In this document: piece after piece, positions 9,302-19,677 of the stretch
Layout: each line of letters opens with the position of its first letter
Numbering within the stretch: the first letter of the stretch is position 1
Source of the DNA: an uncultured Bacilli bacterium
GTDB lineage: Bacteria; Bacillota_I; Bacilli_A; RF39; UBA660
Assembly: GCA_944332675.1 (NCBI GenBank)
Contig: CALVKJ010000004.1
Span: 1-39,659, forward strand
Length of the DNA stretch: 39,659 bases
Direction of reading: 5' to 3'
Position numbers and translations under genes: made by a program
Notes under the pieces: generated by a model
Seen by the model: only the letters and a program-made list of their open reading frames with translations
Database searches by the model: none
Told to the model about the DNA's origin: nothing

Positions 9302-11167
9302 TTAATAACAAGTATAATAATTACTAGAAAAAACTGTAGAATCAAAAACACTTATACTATCAGTAGTAATATTGCTACTATCGATTATCATATTTGTTCC
9401 ATCAGTTAAAGATAAAACATAATTATTATCTATCATATTAACTTTGCCAAAATACGCATTAGTATCAAGTTGCAATAATCCAGAATTAACTAAATCTTCT
9501 ATCGTAACACAAGTTACTTCATTACCTTGTAAAGATTGACTTGTAAAATACAAACTAGCAACATTAACAACTTCTTGACTTGTTAGCAAGAATTGTTCTT
9601 CGCTACTTCCACTAGATAGCAAATTCTCTAAACCCAATTTTTCAAAAATATCATTAATATTATTTATTATTGTATTTTGATCATTTACAGTTAAAGTATT
9701 TACATCTTTAGCATCATTAAATTTTTTTTCTGAAACTAAATCACTACCAATATTGCTAGAAAGATTTACATCTAAATTCAAACTAACACCATTAGCAACT
9801 AACGAAATAGTACCAACTGTATCTTTTTGTGTATCACTAACATTAGTTGTTGTAATATCTACATTCATACTTACTTCTGAATCATTTAAATCTGATTCAA
9901 AATCAAATGCAATGTTTTTGACGTTATCACTAGCATTACTAACACTTAAATTAAATGTATAACCAGTAACTTCAATAATACATTTAAAAGTATAATCTTT
10001 AGTATTATAAGTTATATCAAAAGTACCTTCTGTATTTTCATAATATAATCTTACATCATCACCATTAACTGTTACATCAATTACTTCTTCATTAATTGTT
10101 AGATCATAATTATCTTTACTAACTTCATCTAAACTAATTACTAAATCACTAGTTGTAAAATCAAAACTTTTTAAATCTCCACTAGGTATTTTTACTACAA
10201 CTTCTAAAGAAAAATCTGCTATTGTTGATGCATCAATAATTGGTGTAGAAATATTTAGTGTTTCTAAGAATGCCACCATATCAGCATATTCTTCAATTAA
10301 TTCATTTAATTTATTAGCAAACGCTTCTTTATTACTATCATCTACTCTATAAGTATAAATTGCAGTAAGCCCACTAATTTTAGTAGTAACATTAGTTTCT
10401 TCGATAGCAGTACCAAGATATTTTGCAAAATTTTTCAAAAAACTTTGCATATCCATTATTGTTTGTAACCCTGATGTATCTATACTTGCAAAAGGATTAC
10501 TTTCTAAACTACTATATAAAGCATCAGGATATAAATCCTCAGAAACTAAATACATATTTGCTTCATCTATATACATTTCAGCATTAAGTAAAGAATCATT
10601 TTCCTTAAGTAATTCTAAATTTAAATCCATTATTTCTTTTGTGCTAGAAAAACTAAAATCAAAATTAAATGTAGTATCATTAAACATAGATAATTCTTCC
10701 ATATTTGTATTTATTTGAAAATCCCCACTAGTAACACTATCAGTTTCGGGATCATAATTATAACCCGCAAACATATTATCAACAAAACTTGAAAATTCTT
10801 CAATCTTTTCTTCAATATACTTTGGAGCAGTAAAATTATAATTAATATAAACTACTGTAGCTATTATAGCTAAAACAACAACACCAACTATAACACCAAT
10901 AATAATAAATAATTTCTTTTTACTCTTAGGTTTATCAGTATTATTTTCTCCTCCACCAACAGCTGCAGCATTATTTAAATCACTTGATATAGAATTATTA
11001 TTTTCTGCAATAAAGTTATTATTTACCCCCATTTCATTATTTGCAGTAGTTTCTCCTACTCCAACATCATTTAAATTGTTATTTGCAATACTAGTTTCAT
11101 TATTAGAGCTAGGTATTGCATTTTCATTACTAACATTACTGTTAGCATCAAAAAAATCATTTTTCAT
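9302..11167 (-). CDS. Single-pass membrane protein with Asn-rich N-terminus and large acidic extracellular region; function unknown
   Basis: 621-aa ORF with RBS; KSKKK followed by a long hydrophobic helix. Confidence 0.7.
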   Translation of the reverse strand: MKNDFFDANSNVSNENAIPSSNNETSIANNNLNDVGVGETTANNEMGVNNNFIAENNNSISSDLNNAAAVGGGENNTDKPKSKKKLFIIIGVIVGVVVLAIIATVVYINYNFTAPKYIEEKIEEFSSFVDNMFAGYNYDPETDSVTSGDFQINTNMEELSMFNDTTFNFDFSFSSTKEIMDLNLELLKENDSLLNAEMYIDEANMYLVSEDLYPDALYSSLESNPFASIDTSGLQTIMDMQSFLKNFAKYLGTAIEETNVTTKISGLTAIYTYRVDDSNKEAFANKLNELIEEYADMVAFLETLNISTPIIDASTIADFSLEVVVKIPSGDLKSFDFTTSDLVISLDEVSKDNYDLTINEEVIDVTVNGDDVRLYYENTEGTFDITYNTKDYTFKCIIEVTGYTFNLSVSNASDNVKNIAFDFESDLNDSEVSMNVDITTTNVSDTQKDTVGTISLVANGVSLNLDVNLSSNIGSDLVSEKKFNDAKDVNTLTVNDQNTIINNINDIFEKLGLENLLSSGSSEEQFLLTSQEVVNVASLYFTSQSLQGNEVTCVTIEDLVNSGLLQLDTNAYFGKVNMIDNNYVLSLTDGTNMIIDSSNITTDSISVFDSTVFSSNYYTCY

Positions 11168-11234
11168 AAATCATACCCTTCCTATTTAATTATACTATGA
11201 TTATAACATTTATTTCGACAATTTTCCAACATAG

Positions 11235-11260
11235 AAAAAACTGATACTTAATATCAGTTT
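11235..11260 (-). terminator. Intrinsic terminator after the M23 gene
   Basis: AAACTGATA-N5-TATCAGTTT followed by a U-tract on the minus strand. Confidence 0.65.
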
Positions 11261-12500
11261 AATCAAACCATTGAGTTCTTGAATAAAACCAAGATCCTTT
11301 ACCAGGAAATCCTGGAGGTTCTATTAAATTAGCTGTATATTTAGCCCAAGTTGTATAAGCTCCAACAGATACTCCAAAATGTAGGTGAGCACCAGTAGTA
11401 CAAGTATCATATCCGCCATTCTTCTTAGCTGTTGAATAACCACCAGACAAGGCAATAACATCATTAACAGTAACAGTATCCCCTACACTAACATACATTT
11501 CTAACAAATGGGCATATTGGGTAGTATAAACTTCACCATTTACTACTGTTTGAATATATATTTGATTTCCCCCACAAGAGCTACGACTTACAGTTTTAAT
11601 TACCTTTCCAGATGCTGCTGGATAAACTTCAGTTCCTTCAGAAACTCCAATATCTATACCACTATGGTAACTACTTTGTCCAGGAACACTTCGCCATCCG
11701 AATAAACTAGTAATACGACCTTTAGTAACAGGCTTTAACCAACCATAATTATTAATATACCATTCATAATCAGAATCACTCAAACGTGCATAACAAGCAC
11801 TAATAGTTTCTGTTTCGGTACAACCCATATCCTCATACATTTTTATAGTATTTTCCATAAGTTCTATTTCCCCATCAAGATCCATAGAAATATCAGAAAA
11901 TTGGATAATACTTGCATCAATTTCTTCTAATTGTCTTTGATATTCGGCAATATTTGCATTAAGTTCTTCTTCATACTTTATTAACTCTACTTGTTTTTGT
12001 TCATTTTCTTCAATTAAATCTTCCAACTCTACTAATTTTTCTTGATTATAGTTAGATAACATTTCAATGGCATCACTACGCATTATAAGTTCTGTCATAC
12101 TACTAGAATCTGTAATAAATTCCATATATGAATTATTACCTTGTAATATTTGATAATATGCCATCAAATCTTGAGTTTGTTGATCTAATTCAGCAATTTT
12201 TTCATTTGATTCTTCAATACTTTTCTTAGCCTCTTCAACATTTATTTTAGTTTCTTCAATTTTGGCATAAGCATCACTTATTGCTTTGTTTTTCGCTTCT
12301 TTTTCCGCTTCTGAAACTTCTTTTTCGTGTTCCGCATCAGCTTTTTCTTGATATAAATTTTCAAGTTCCTGACGCATTCCCGCTAAAGTATCAGTATTAC
12401 TTGCTGCTTTAACATACATCGGTTCTAAAATATATAAAGCCAATATTAAGAATACAAATATATATCTAATAAAATATTCACTTAACTTCTTTATATTCAC
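11259..12500 (-). CDS. FtsEX-associated coiled-coil M23 peptidoglycan endopeptidase (EnvC/PcsB-like architecture)
   Basis: Signal peptide, long coiled coil, HSGID and HLHF zinc motifs; directly downstream of ftsX. Confidence 0.88.
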   Translation of the reverse strand: MNIKKLSEYFIRYIFVFLILALYILEPMYVKAASNTDTLAGMRQELENLYQEKADAEHEKEVSEAEKEAKNKAISDAYAKIEETKINVEEAKKSIEESNEKIAELDQQTQDLMAYYQILQGNNSYMEFITDSSSMTELIMRSDAIEMLSNYNQEKLVELEDLIEENEQKQVELIKYEEELNANIAEYQRQLEEIDASIIQFSDISMDLDGEIELMENTIKMYEDMGCTETETISACYARLSDSDYEWYINNYGWLKPVTKGRITSLFGWRSVPGQSSYHSGIDIGVSEGTEVYPAASGKVIKTVSRSSCGGNQIYIQTVVNGEVYTTQYAHLLEMYVSVGDTVTVNDVIALSGGYSTAKKNGGYDTCTTGAHLHFGVSVGAYTTWAKYTANLIEPPGFPGKGSWFYSRTQWFD

Positions 12501-12516
12501 GTTTACTCCCTTCTTA

Positions 12517-13410
12517 TTATATCTTTAAATACTTTCTTACAGCTTTTAAACTACCAAGCATACCAACTACAGCTCCCAAAACTACTAATACTAAAGATAC
12601 CCAGAAAACAAAGTTATATGGTTCAATTAGTACTATCATATTTGAGAATATATGACCATTTAAAGCTCCATATAAAATAACATAACCATAAATTGTAATA
12701 CAAATTGGTATTATAGCACCGATAACTCCAATGATTAAGCCTTCAATTATAAATGGAATTTTAATAGTAATATTACTTGCCCCAACTAAACGCATAATTT
12801 CAATAGCACTTCTTCTACTAAAAATCGTCAGTTTAATAGTATTACTAATTAAGAATGCTGTTACTATAATAAGAGCAATAACAATAACTACAACAACTTT
12901 TTCAACAACATTGAATGCCGAAATAATTGAATCAACCATACCTTCGCCATATTTTACTGTATCTACACCACTAATAGAACTGATATATTCGGCAGTATCA
13001 GATAAATGGTTAACATCTTCAACTCGCACAATGAATGAATCCATCAAAGGATTTTCATCTAAATAATTTAAAACTGTTTCAAAAGTGGAATCATATTCAC
13101 TCATTTCTTCTTTCCATTCAGTTTTACTTTTAAATTCTATTTCTGCTACATTATCTTGACTATCAATATCTGCTCTTATGTTATTTATATCTTCTTCCGT
13201 AACTGTATTACTTAAATAAACTACTATACTAAGTTCATCTTCAATTGACTTAGTTGCATTTTCAATATTAGCAGCACAAATAAGAGCAACTGAAACCAAA
13301 ATCAAAGTAATTGTTGTACACATAATAGAAGCAAAACTTAAACTGAAATTTCTAAGAACACTTTTAAAAGCATCACGAATGCTTCTTCCAAAAATTCTAA
13401 CTGCCCTCAT
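12517..13410 (-). CDS. ftsX: Cell division permease FtsX
   Basis: ISNTIKLTIFSRRSAIEIMRLVGA, PFIIEG; paired with ftsE. Confidence 0.93.
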   Translation of the reverse strand: MRAVRIFGRSIRDAFKSVLRNFSLSFASIMCTTITLILVSVALICAANIENATKSIEDELSIVVYLSNTVTEEDINNIRADIDSQDNVAEIEFKSKTEWKEEMSEYDSTFETVLNYLDENPLMDSFIVRVEDVNHLSDTAEYISSISGVDTVKYGEGMVDSIISAFNVVEKVVVVIVIALIIVTAFLISNTIKLTIFSRRSAIEIMRLVGASNITIKIPFIIEGLIIGVIGAIIPICITIYGYVILYGALNGHIFSNMIVLIEPYNFVFWVSLVLVVLGAVVGMLGSLKAVRKYLKI

Positions 13411-14098
13411 GTGTCTTATAACTTCCTTTCGCATAATCGCCAGCTAAAATGCCGTGTTCAATTAATAGGACTCTTTTTTTCATTCTATTAACTATATCTC
13501 TATCGTGCGTAGCCATTATAATAGTTGTTCCCAAATCTTTATTAATACCTTCAATAACTTTCATAATTTCTTTACTAGTATCAGGATCCAAATTACCAGT
13601 TGGTTCATCACAAATAAGTAGTTTTGGATGATTAACTATAGCCCTAGCAATACAAACTCTTTGTTGTTCCCCACCAGATAATTCTCCCGGGAATGATCTT
13701 ACCTTATCCTTAAGGCCTACTCTTTCCAATGCTTTCATTACTTGTGGTCTTATTTCACTAGCTTTCATACCAACACATTCTAAAGCAAAAGCTACATTTT
13801 CATAAACTGTAAGTTTTGGTAATAATTTAAAATCTTGAAACACTATACCTAATTTTCTTCTCAATTTATAAACACGGCCATTACGTATCTTACCAACATT
13901 TAACCCACCAACCATAACAGTTCCACTCGTAGGTTTTTCTTCTCTATATAACATTTTTATAAAAGTAGATTTACCACTAGCAGTAAGACCAATAACAAAA
14001 ACAAATTCTCCCTTTTCAATGGAAACCGAAACATCTGCTAAAGCAGTAACACCATTTTTATAAACTTTATTAACATTTTTTAATTCAATAAACTTCAT
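13397..14098 (-). CDS. ftsE: Cell division ATP-binding protein FtsE
   Basis: GLTASGKST, VFQDFKLL, LSGGEQQR, DEPTGNLDP; GGAGG RBS before the ATG at 14098. Confidence 0.95.
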   Translation of the reverse strand: MKFIELKNVNKVYKNGVTALADVSVSIEKGEFVFVIGLTASGKSTFIKMLYREEKPTSGTVMVGGLNVGKIRNGRVYKLRRKLGIVFQDFKLLPKLTVYENVAFALECVGMKASEIRPQVMKALERVGLKDKVRSFPGELSGGEQQRVCIARAIVNHPKLLICDEPTGNLDPDTSKEIMKVIEGINKDLGTTIIMATHDRDIVNRMKKRVLLIEHGILAGDYAKGSYKTHEGS

Positions 14099-14247
14099 AT
14101 GGTCCTCCATAATAAATTATATCATAAAAGATATTTAATTAAATGGTAAATTTATGAAATTTTACACTATTTACTATAATTTTACCTATTAAAATTTGTA
14201 TAAAATATAAAAATTTTATATAATATACCTAATGGAGATGAAAAAGT

Positions 14248-15861
14248 TTGAAAAAAAATGAATTTATCGAAGGAGCCTTAATTGCTACAATTGCTATAAT
14301 TTTATCCAAAATTTTAGGGGTATTATATGTAATTCCTTTTTATAATATCATCGGTGAAAATGGTGGCTCTTTGTATGGTTATGCTTATAACATTTATAAT
14401 TTCTTTTTAATTATTTCATCTGCTGGTATCCCACTTGCTATTAGTAAAATAACTAGTGAATACAATACTTTAGGTAAACAAAAAGAAAAAACATATATGT
14501 TTAAATACGCCAAAAAAATAATATTTATTTTTTCCGTAATTTGTTTTCTTATATGTTTTCTAGGAGCAAACTTCATTGCTGATTCCATTGTTGGTAACTT
14601 AACTGGTGGAAATAGCGTTAGTGATGTTGCCTTTGTCATTCGCTGTGTATCATTTGCAATATTAGTAGTTCCCATATTATCAATATCTCGTGGATACTTA
14701 CAAGGACATAGATATATTACTGCCCCCTCAATTGGTCAAGTTATTGAACAATTAGTCCGCGTATTAGTAATTGTAATTGGATCATATGTTGCTCTTAAAA
14801 TATTTAATCTAACAACTGTTCAAGCTGTAGGTATTGCAGTCTTCGGAGCTTGCGCTGGAGCTTTAGTATCATATTTATATTTAATTATTAAAATGCACAA
14901 AGTTAAAGATAAAATCTTTGTACCAGATGCTACTGTAACCAAAACAGAAAAAAAGGAAATTTTTAAAAAATTAATTGGTTATTGTATTCCTTTCATTATC
15001 ATCAACGCCGCCAATAGTTTATATAATACTGTTGATATGATTTTAGTTATCAACGGTCTAAATAACCTAGGATATGCCGCAACTGATGTTGAAACAATCA
15101 GTAGTGTCTTTACAACTTGGGGAAGCAAATTAGTAAGTGTAGTAACTGCAATAGCTACGGGACTAGTAATAAGTCTTATTCCTTCAATAGTTGAAGCATT
15201 TACTAAAAAAGATATGCAAGAGGTAAATAGTCAATTTAATAAAACTATTCAAGTATTACTTTATGCTATATTACCTCTATCAATATTTTTAAGTATATTT
15301 GCTAATCAAGTTTGGACGATCTTTTATGGTGAAAGCTTCTATGGGCCAAAGATTTTCCAATTCACCATTTTACTGGCTATTATGGATAGTGCTTACATAA
15401 TGATTTGTAGTGCTTTACAAGGCTTAAGTAAAACTAAACTAATTTATACTTCCGTTGCGTGTGGACTAATTACTAAAACAATTCTAGATCTACCGCTAAT
15501 GTATTTATTTAACTATTTAGGAATATATCCTTTCTATGGTGCAATATTAGCTTCAGCCATCGGATATACTTTATCGCTAGGTATACCACTTGCAACGCTT
15601 CATAAAAAATATCATTTTGATTATAAACAAACTTTAAAATCCCTTCCTAAATTATTTTTTACAATCATTATTTTAGTAGTATTAGCGCTATTAATTAGGC
15701 ATTTTATATTTGCTCATATTACTACTAAAGTATATATGCTTATTGCTTTAGCTATAACTGGTCTAGCTCTTGCTGCAATATATTACTTAATGAATCATAA
15801 ACTTTTAAATGAACTCCTCGGTGAAAGAATACTGAGTAAATTCAAAAAGGTAAGAAAATAA
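14248..15861 (+). CDS. MOP-superfamily flippase (MurJ/YtgP-SpoVB-like polysaccharide biosynthesis protein)
   Basis: + strand reads TTG AAA AAA AAT GAA = MKKNE (ORF track strand label is wrong); SKILGVLYVIPF, AGIPLAISK, RGYLQG, QVIEQLVRV. Confidence 0.9.
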   Translation: MKKNEFIEGALIATIAIILSKILGVLYVIPFYNIIGENGGSLYGYAYNIYNFFLIISSAGIPLAISKITSEYNTLGKQKEKTYMFKYAKKIIFIFSVICFLICFLGANFIADSIVGNLTGGNSVSDVAFVIRCVSFAILVVPILSISRGYLQGHRYITAPSIGQVIEQLVRVLVIVIGSYVALKIFNLTTVQAVGIAVFGACAGALVSYLYLIIKMHKVKDKIFVPDATVTKTEKKEIFKKLIGYCIPFIIINAANSLYNTVDMILVINGLNNLGYAATDVETISSVFTTWGSKLVSVVTAIATGLVISLIPSIVEAFTKKDMQEVNSQFNKTIQVLLYAILPLSIFLSIFANQVWTIFYGESFYGPKIFQFTILLAIMDSAYIMICSALQGLSKTKLIYTSVACGLITKTILDLPLMYLFNYLGIYPFYGAILASAIGYTLSLGIPLATLHKKYHFDYKQTLKSLPKLFFTIIILVVLALLIRHFIFAHITTKVYMLIALAITGLALAAIYYLMNHKLLNELLGERILSKFKKVRK

Positions 15862-17118
15862 CTACTTTCTTACCTTTTTTAGCATTTTATAAGCCTTTAA
15901 AGCCACTTTATAAAGCATATACTTTGGTTTACTTATAATATAATCAAATTCTCCTAGTAACTCAACAATCTCTGGATTAAACCCTTTTTTTATTTCATAA
16001 ATATTATAATATGGTGAATTCTTATCCAAATCCCCTGATATACCATAAAAATTGACATATTCTTTCTTCAATTTTATTGCATCCTTAATATGTTCATTAT
16101 AAAAAGCATATTTTGGACTAAACACACGATACTCTGTTGCTGTACCGCTCATAAAAGTAATACCCTCATTACCAATAAATATCGACATTAAAGCTCCAAT
16201 ATCAACATTACCCTTTTCTTTTAACTCTTTAGCTTTATCAATTTTTTCTTGTAGTTTAGCTAACTTTTTAACTAAATCTTGATGATGTTTTTTAACCTTA
16301 CTACCATTATTAATTTTTTGCATCTCTAATTCAAAATCTTTTAATTCTTTTTTAGTTTCTTCATATTCTTTAAGTAATATTTGATAATATTCTAAGGTAT
16401 CTAAATAAACAACATATAATTTAATATAATCACTCATTAAATCATACATTTTTTTATAATAAGAACTAGGACGAATAATAAAGTTATTTTTATCAGCTGA
16501 TTCTTTAAGTAAATTTGTAAAATTATCAATTTCATCGTTTCCCACGCATCTTACTTTTACACCTTGACTTAATGTTTTAATTATATTTTTTCGCGTATTT
16601 TTAGTAAATGTTTCTAAAGTTTCCTCATAGGTATCAGCAAGTTTAATTCGGCATAAAAACCTCGGCTGCAAAGTTTCAAAGTTTTTCGTAAACCCTAAAT
16701 GTTTAAAACCTAAATTTACAAAATTAGCAAATGCCTTTTCCCCGCACTTTTCTTGTATTTTACCTTCTTTATCATATAGTGCATAAATTACATTGGGATC
16801 AACTTTTAATAAAAATCCATTATTCCTTTTTACATAATCCACGACTAAACTATGAAACTCTTTTAATAAATCATAGTCAAATACATCAACTAAATAACCT
16901 CGCGGAGCATAAAATAAACTCATATTAAAGGGTTCCTTTTTTTCTAATAACAAAGTTACTCCTTTTAAATCTTCTTTATCGTATACCCCAATTAAATGTG
17001 ATATCCAACCAGTAGATTTCTTTAATTCTCCCCATTCTGGTAACTGATAAATTGAAATATAAGGATTTTTTAAAGCAAATTCTTTATATGTATTCTTATC
17101 AATAATTTTTAATTCCAT
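15862..17118 (-). CDS. FemABX/MurMN-family peptidoglycan bridge peptidyltransferase
   Basis: YQLPEWGELK, YAPRG, NFYGISG, KKGFN, GEFD. Confidence 0.9.
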   Translation of the reverse strand: MELKIIDKNTYKEFALKNPYISIYQLPEWGELKKSTGWISHLIGVYDKEDLKGVTLLLEKKEPFNMSLFYAPRGYLVDVFDYDLLKEFHSLVVDYVKRNNGFLLKVDPNVIYALYDKEGKIQEKCGEKAFANFVNLGFKHLGFTKNFETLQPRFLCRIKLADTYEETLETFTKNTRKNIIKTLSQGVKVRCVGNDEIDNFTNLLKESADKNNFIIRPSSYYKKMYDLMSDYIKLYVVYLDTLEYYQILLKEYEETKKELKDFELEMQKINNGSKVKKHHQDLVKKLAKLQEKIDKAKELKEKGNVDIGALMSIFIGNEGITFMSGTATEYRVFSPKYAFYNEHIKDAIKLKKEYVNFYGISGDLDKNSPYYNIYEIKKGFNPEIVELLGEFDYIISKPKYMLYKVALKAYKMLKKVRK

Positions 17119-17120
17119 AA

Positions 17121-18341
17121 TTATCTTCTTATCTTTCTATAAATACCTAACAATGTCGGTAGCATTTTATATAGTACTTTTTTATTAACTAAATCAAATT
17201 CTCCGATAAATTCAATATATTTATCTCCATATTTTCTTTTAAAATCGTGTAATTTAGCTAAATTTTTATATGTTGTATGTGGATCTCCTGGTGTACCAAA
17301 TAAATCAAAGAAATCATATCCCTTATTAAATGCATCCTTTATAGCTTCGTAATAACAACGCATTACTGCACAAGTAGCTCCCGCTAATTCATCTCCACCT
17401 TGGAAAAAACTCCAAATACGATTTTTAGTGGAAATGCATATAATTGTACAAATTACTCTTTTTTCTTCCGGATATTTACTAAATAGATCTTGTTCTTTTT
17501 CTAACCTTTTTATTTTATCATTATAATCCGCCAATTTTTTCTTATTAACACTAGCAATATTATCCTTCAAATCCTTTAATTCTTTTTTTATTTTAGTCAT
17601 CATCTTTTTTATATCGATTGTAACATTAAAAAACTTAATATTATCTTTAAATTCATCAACCAAAGTTTCATAATATTTTTCATCGTGTGGATTAAAACCA
17701 TCTCGTTCACTAGTATTTTTAATTAGTTTATAAAATTCTTTAATTTTAATTTCATTATCAATTTCTAAATCATATTGATAACTTCTTTTAACAGATTGTA
17801 AAAAAGATTTACTCATCCTAGATTTAATTACATCCCAATCTCTTTTTAAATCTATTCGAAAAGTATATCTTGGTTGATTGCCTTCATAAAGACGATAAAA
17901 ACCTGTATGAATATAACCTAAACTTAACATATAATTATAAAGTTCATAATTATTATTGCCCCCTTCAATAGGATTGGCATCTTGATCAATATCTTGATAT
18001 GGTATATCAGGATCAAACTTTATATAAATAAATTTATTCTTTTTCATATATTCTTTTAAATATTCTGTAAACTTTTTTATCAATTCTTTATTTTTATAAT
18101 CGATAATAAATCCCCGCGGAGCATAGCCGTAACTAAACCCAAGTGGAGTTTTTCGCTCTAGTATTAAAGCTGTTGCTACCAATTGATCATTATCATCAGT
18201 CATTCCTACATAATGTGGTGTTTGGCCTTTTATTTTTTTACAAAATTCCCCCCATTCATAGGATTGTAAAAAATGACTTTTTTCATGATTACTTGTAAAA
18301 CTTTGATATTTTTCCTTAGCAACATCCTCTAAAAATTTCAA
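17121..18341 (-). CDS. FemABX/MurMN-family peptidyltransferase (FemX-like)
   Basis: HFLQSYEWGE, YAPRG, QPRY, FDLFG, FIGEFD; likely TTG start after a GGGTG RBS. Confidence 0.9.
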   Translation of the reverse strand: MKFLEDVAKEKYQSFTSNHEKSHFLQSYEWGEFCKKIKGQTPHYVGMTDDNDQLVATALILERKTPLGFSYGYAPRGFIIDYKNKELIKKFTEYLKEYMKKNKFIYIKFDPDIPYQDIDQDANPIEGGNNNYELYNYMLSLGYIHTGFYRLYEGNQPRYTFRIDLKRDWDVIKSRMSKSFLQSVKRSYQYDLEIDNEIKIKEFYKLIKNTSERDGFNPHDEKYYETLVDEFKDNIKFFNVTIDIKKMMTKIKKELKDLKDNIASVNKKKLADYNDKIKRLEKEQDLFSKYPEEKRVICTIICISTKNRIWSFFQGGDELAGATCAVMRCYYEAIKDAFNKGYDFFDLFGTPGDPHTTYKNLAKLHDFKRKYGDKYIEFIGEFDLVNKKVLYKMLPTLLGIYRKIRR

Positions 18342-18448
18342 TATAATCACCCTAACAAAATAATAACACACAGTTATAAGCAAAACAAGTTATTAAACTT
18401 ATTTTCAAATCATCCTTTTTCTGATATAATTAATTAAGGTGATCCTAA

Positions 18449-18988
18449 GTGAGTTTAGCAAGCATAATTTTACTTATTATAATTATTATTGGTGTTCTAG
18501 CCCTTATTTATGTAATGACTTATAATAATTTAGTTAACTATAAAATAAAAATTGAAAAAGCTGAAGGTATAATTGATGAAAATCTTCGCCGCAAATATGA
18601 TTTAATTGCTAAAATGAATATTGCTATTAAAAAGGTCGTTAACAAAAAAGATTATTTAAAGGAATATATTGAATTAAAAGATAAAAGAATAAGCAATTAT
18701 GAATTAGATAGAAAATTAACTGAAGCTATGAACATTATTTTAGAAGTTAAAAATGATTATAGCGAACTTGACACTAAAGAGTTTAATAGTGATTTAAAAG
18801 AAATAAATGCCATAAATGAAACTCTTACATCTTGTAAAACCTATTACAATAAAAATACAACCGAACTTAATCAAATAATTCGCAAATTTCCTTCAAATAT
18901 TGTTGCTAAAATTCATCGTTATAAAATAAAACCATTCTTTGATGGTAAAAATATGCAAGATGCTGTAATTGATGATTTTAAACTATAA
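18449..18988 (+). CDS. LemA family protein
   Basis: N-terminal TM, YNNLV, RRKYDLI, YN...FPSNIVA. Confidence 0.8.
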   Translation: MSLASIILLIIIIIGVLALIYVMTYNNLVNYKIKIEKAEGIIDENLRRKYDLIAKMNIAIKKVVNKKDYLKEYIELKDKRISNYELDRKLTEAMNIILEVKNDYSELDTKEFNSDLKEINAINETLTSCKTYYNKNTTELNQIIRKFPSNIVAKIHRYKIKPFFDGKNMQDAVIDDFKL

Positions 18989-18989
18989 C

Positions 18990-19018
18990 AAAAGTCCTCA
19001 GTAATTTGAGAACTTTTT
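18990..19018. terminator. Probable bidirectional terminator between the LemA gene and ung
   Basis: AAAAGTCCTCA-N6-TGAGAACTTTT imperfect inverted repeat. Confidence 0.6.
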
Positions 19019-19676
19019 ATTTTGACCAATCAATCGGAGCAAGGCCTTTACTTATCAAATAGTTATTTGTTTTCGAAAAAGGTTTACTACCGAAAAATCC
19101 TGAATATGCCGAAAATGGTGAAGGATGCGGACTAATAATTATATAATGATTAGGATTGGTTATTAATTTTGCTTTTTCCTTAGCGAAATTCCCCCATAAA
19201 ATAAATACCACTGGTTCATCTTTTTTATTTAAAATCTTAATTATATAATCAGTCAACGGTTCCCAACCTAAATTTCTATGACTTGCTGCTTTATCCTTTT
19301 CAACTGTTAACACGGCATTAAGCATCAATACTCCTTGTTTTGCCCAACCAGTTAAATCTCCATCATTCCGTGGTGGTATTACCAAATCACCTTCTAATTC
19401 TTTATAAATATTTTGTAAAGACGGCGGTAATTTTACTCCTTTTTGGACACTAAATGATAAGCCGTGAGCTTGATGTTCGCCATGGTAAGGATCTTGCCCT
19501 ACAATTACAACCTTGGTATCTTTATAACTAGTTAATTTTAACGCATTAAATACATAATCCTTCGGCGGATAGATAACCTTTTTATCATATTCTGCCATAA
19601 TCATTTTATAAAATTTTTGAAAACCAGGACTATTCCAAATTATTTCTAATTTTTGATCCCAATCATTACCTATCAT
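19017..19676 (-). CDS. ung: Uracil-DNA glycosylase
   Basis: GQDPYH, HGLSFS, PPSL, HPSP motifs. Confidence 0.97.
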   Translation of the reverse strand: MIGNDWDQKLEIIWNSPGFQKFYKMIMAEYDKKVIYPPKDYVFNALKLTSYKDTKVVIVGQDPYHGEHQAHGLSFSVQKGVKLPPSLQNIYKELEGDLVIPPRNDGDLTGWAKQGVLMLNAVLTVEKDKAASHRNLGWEPLTDYIIKILNKKDEPVVFILWGNFAKEKAKLITNPNHYIIISPHPSPFSAYSGFFGSKPFSKTNNYLISKGLAPIDWSK

Positions 19677-19677
19677 T

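Noticed and set aside
14248-15861. ORF track labels this CDS as minus strand
   Set aside because: The listed protein is read directly from the + strand (TTG at 14248, TAA at 15859-15861).
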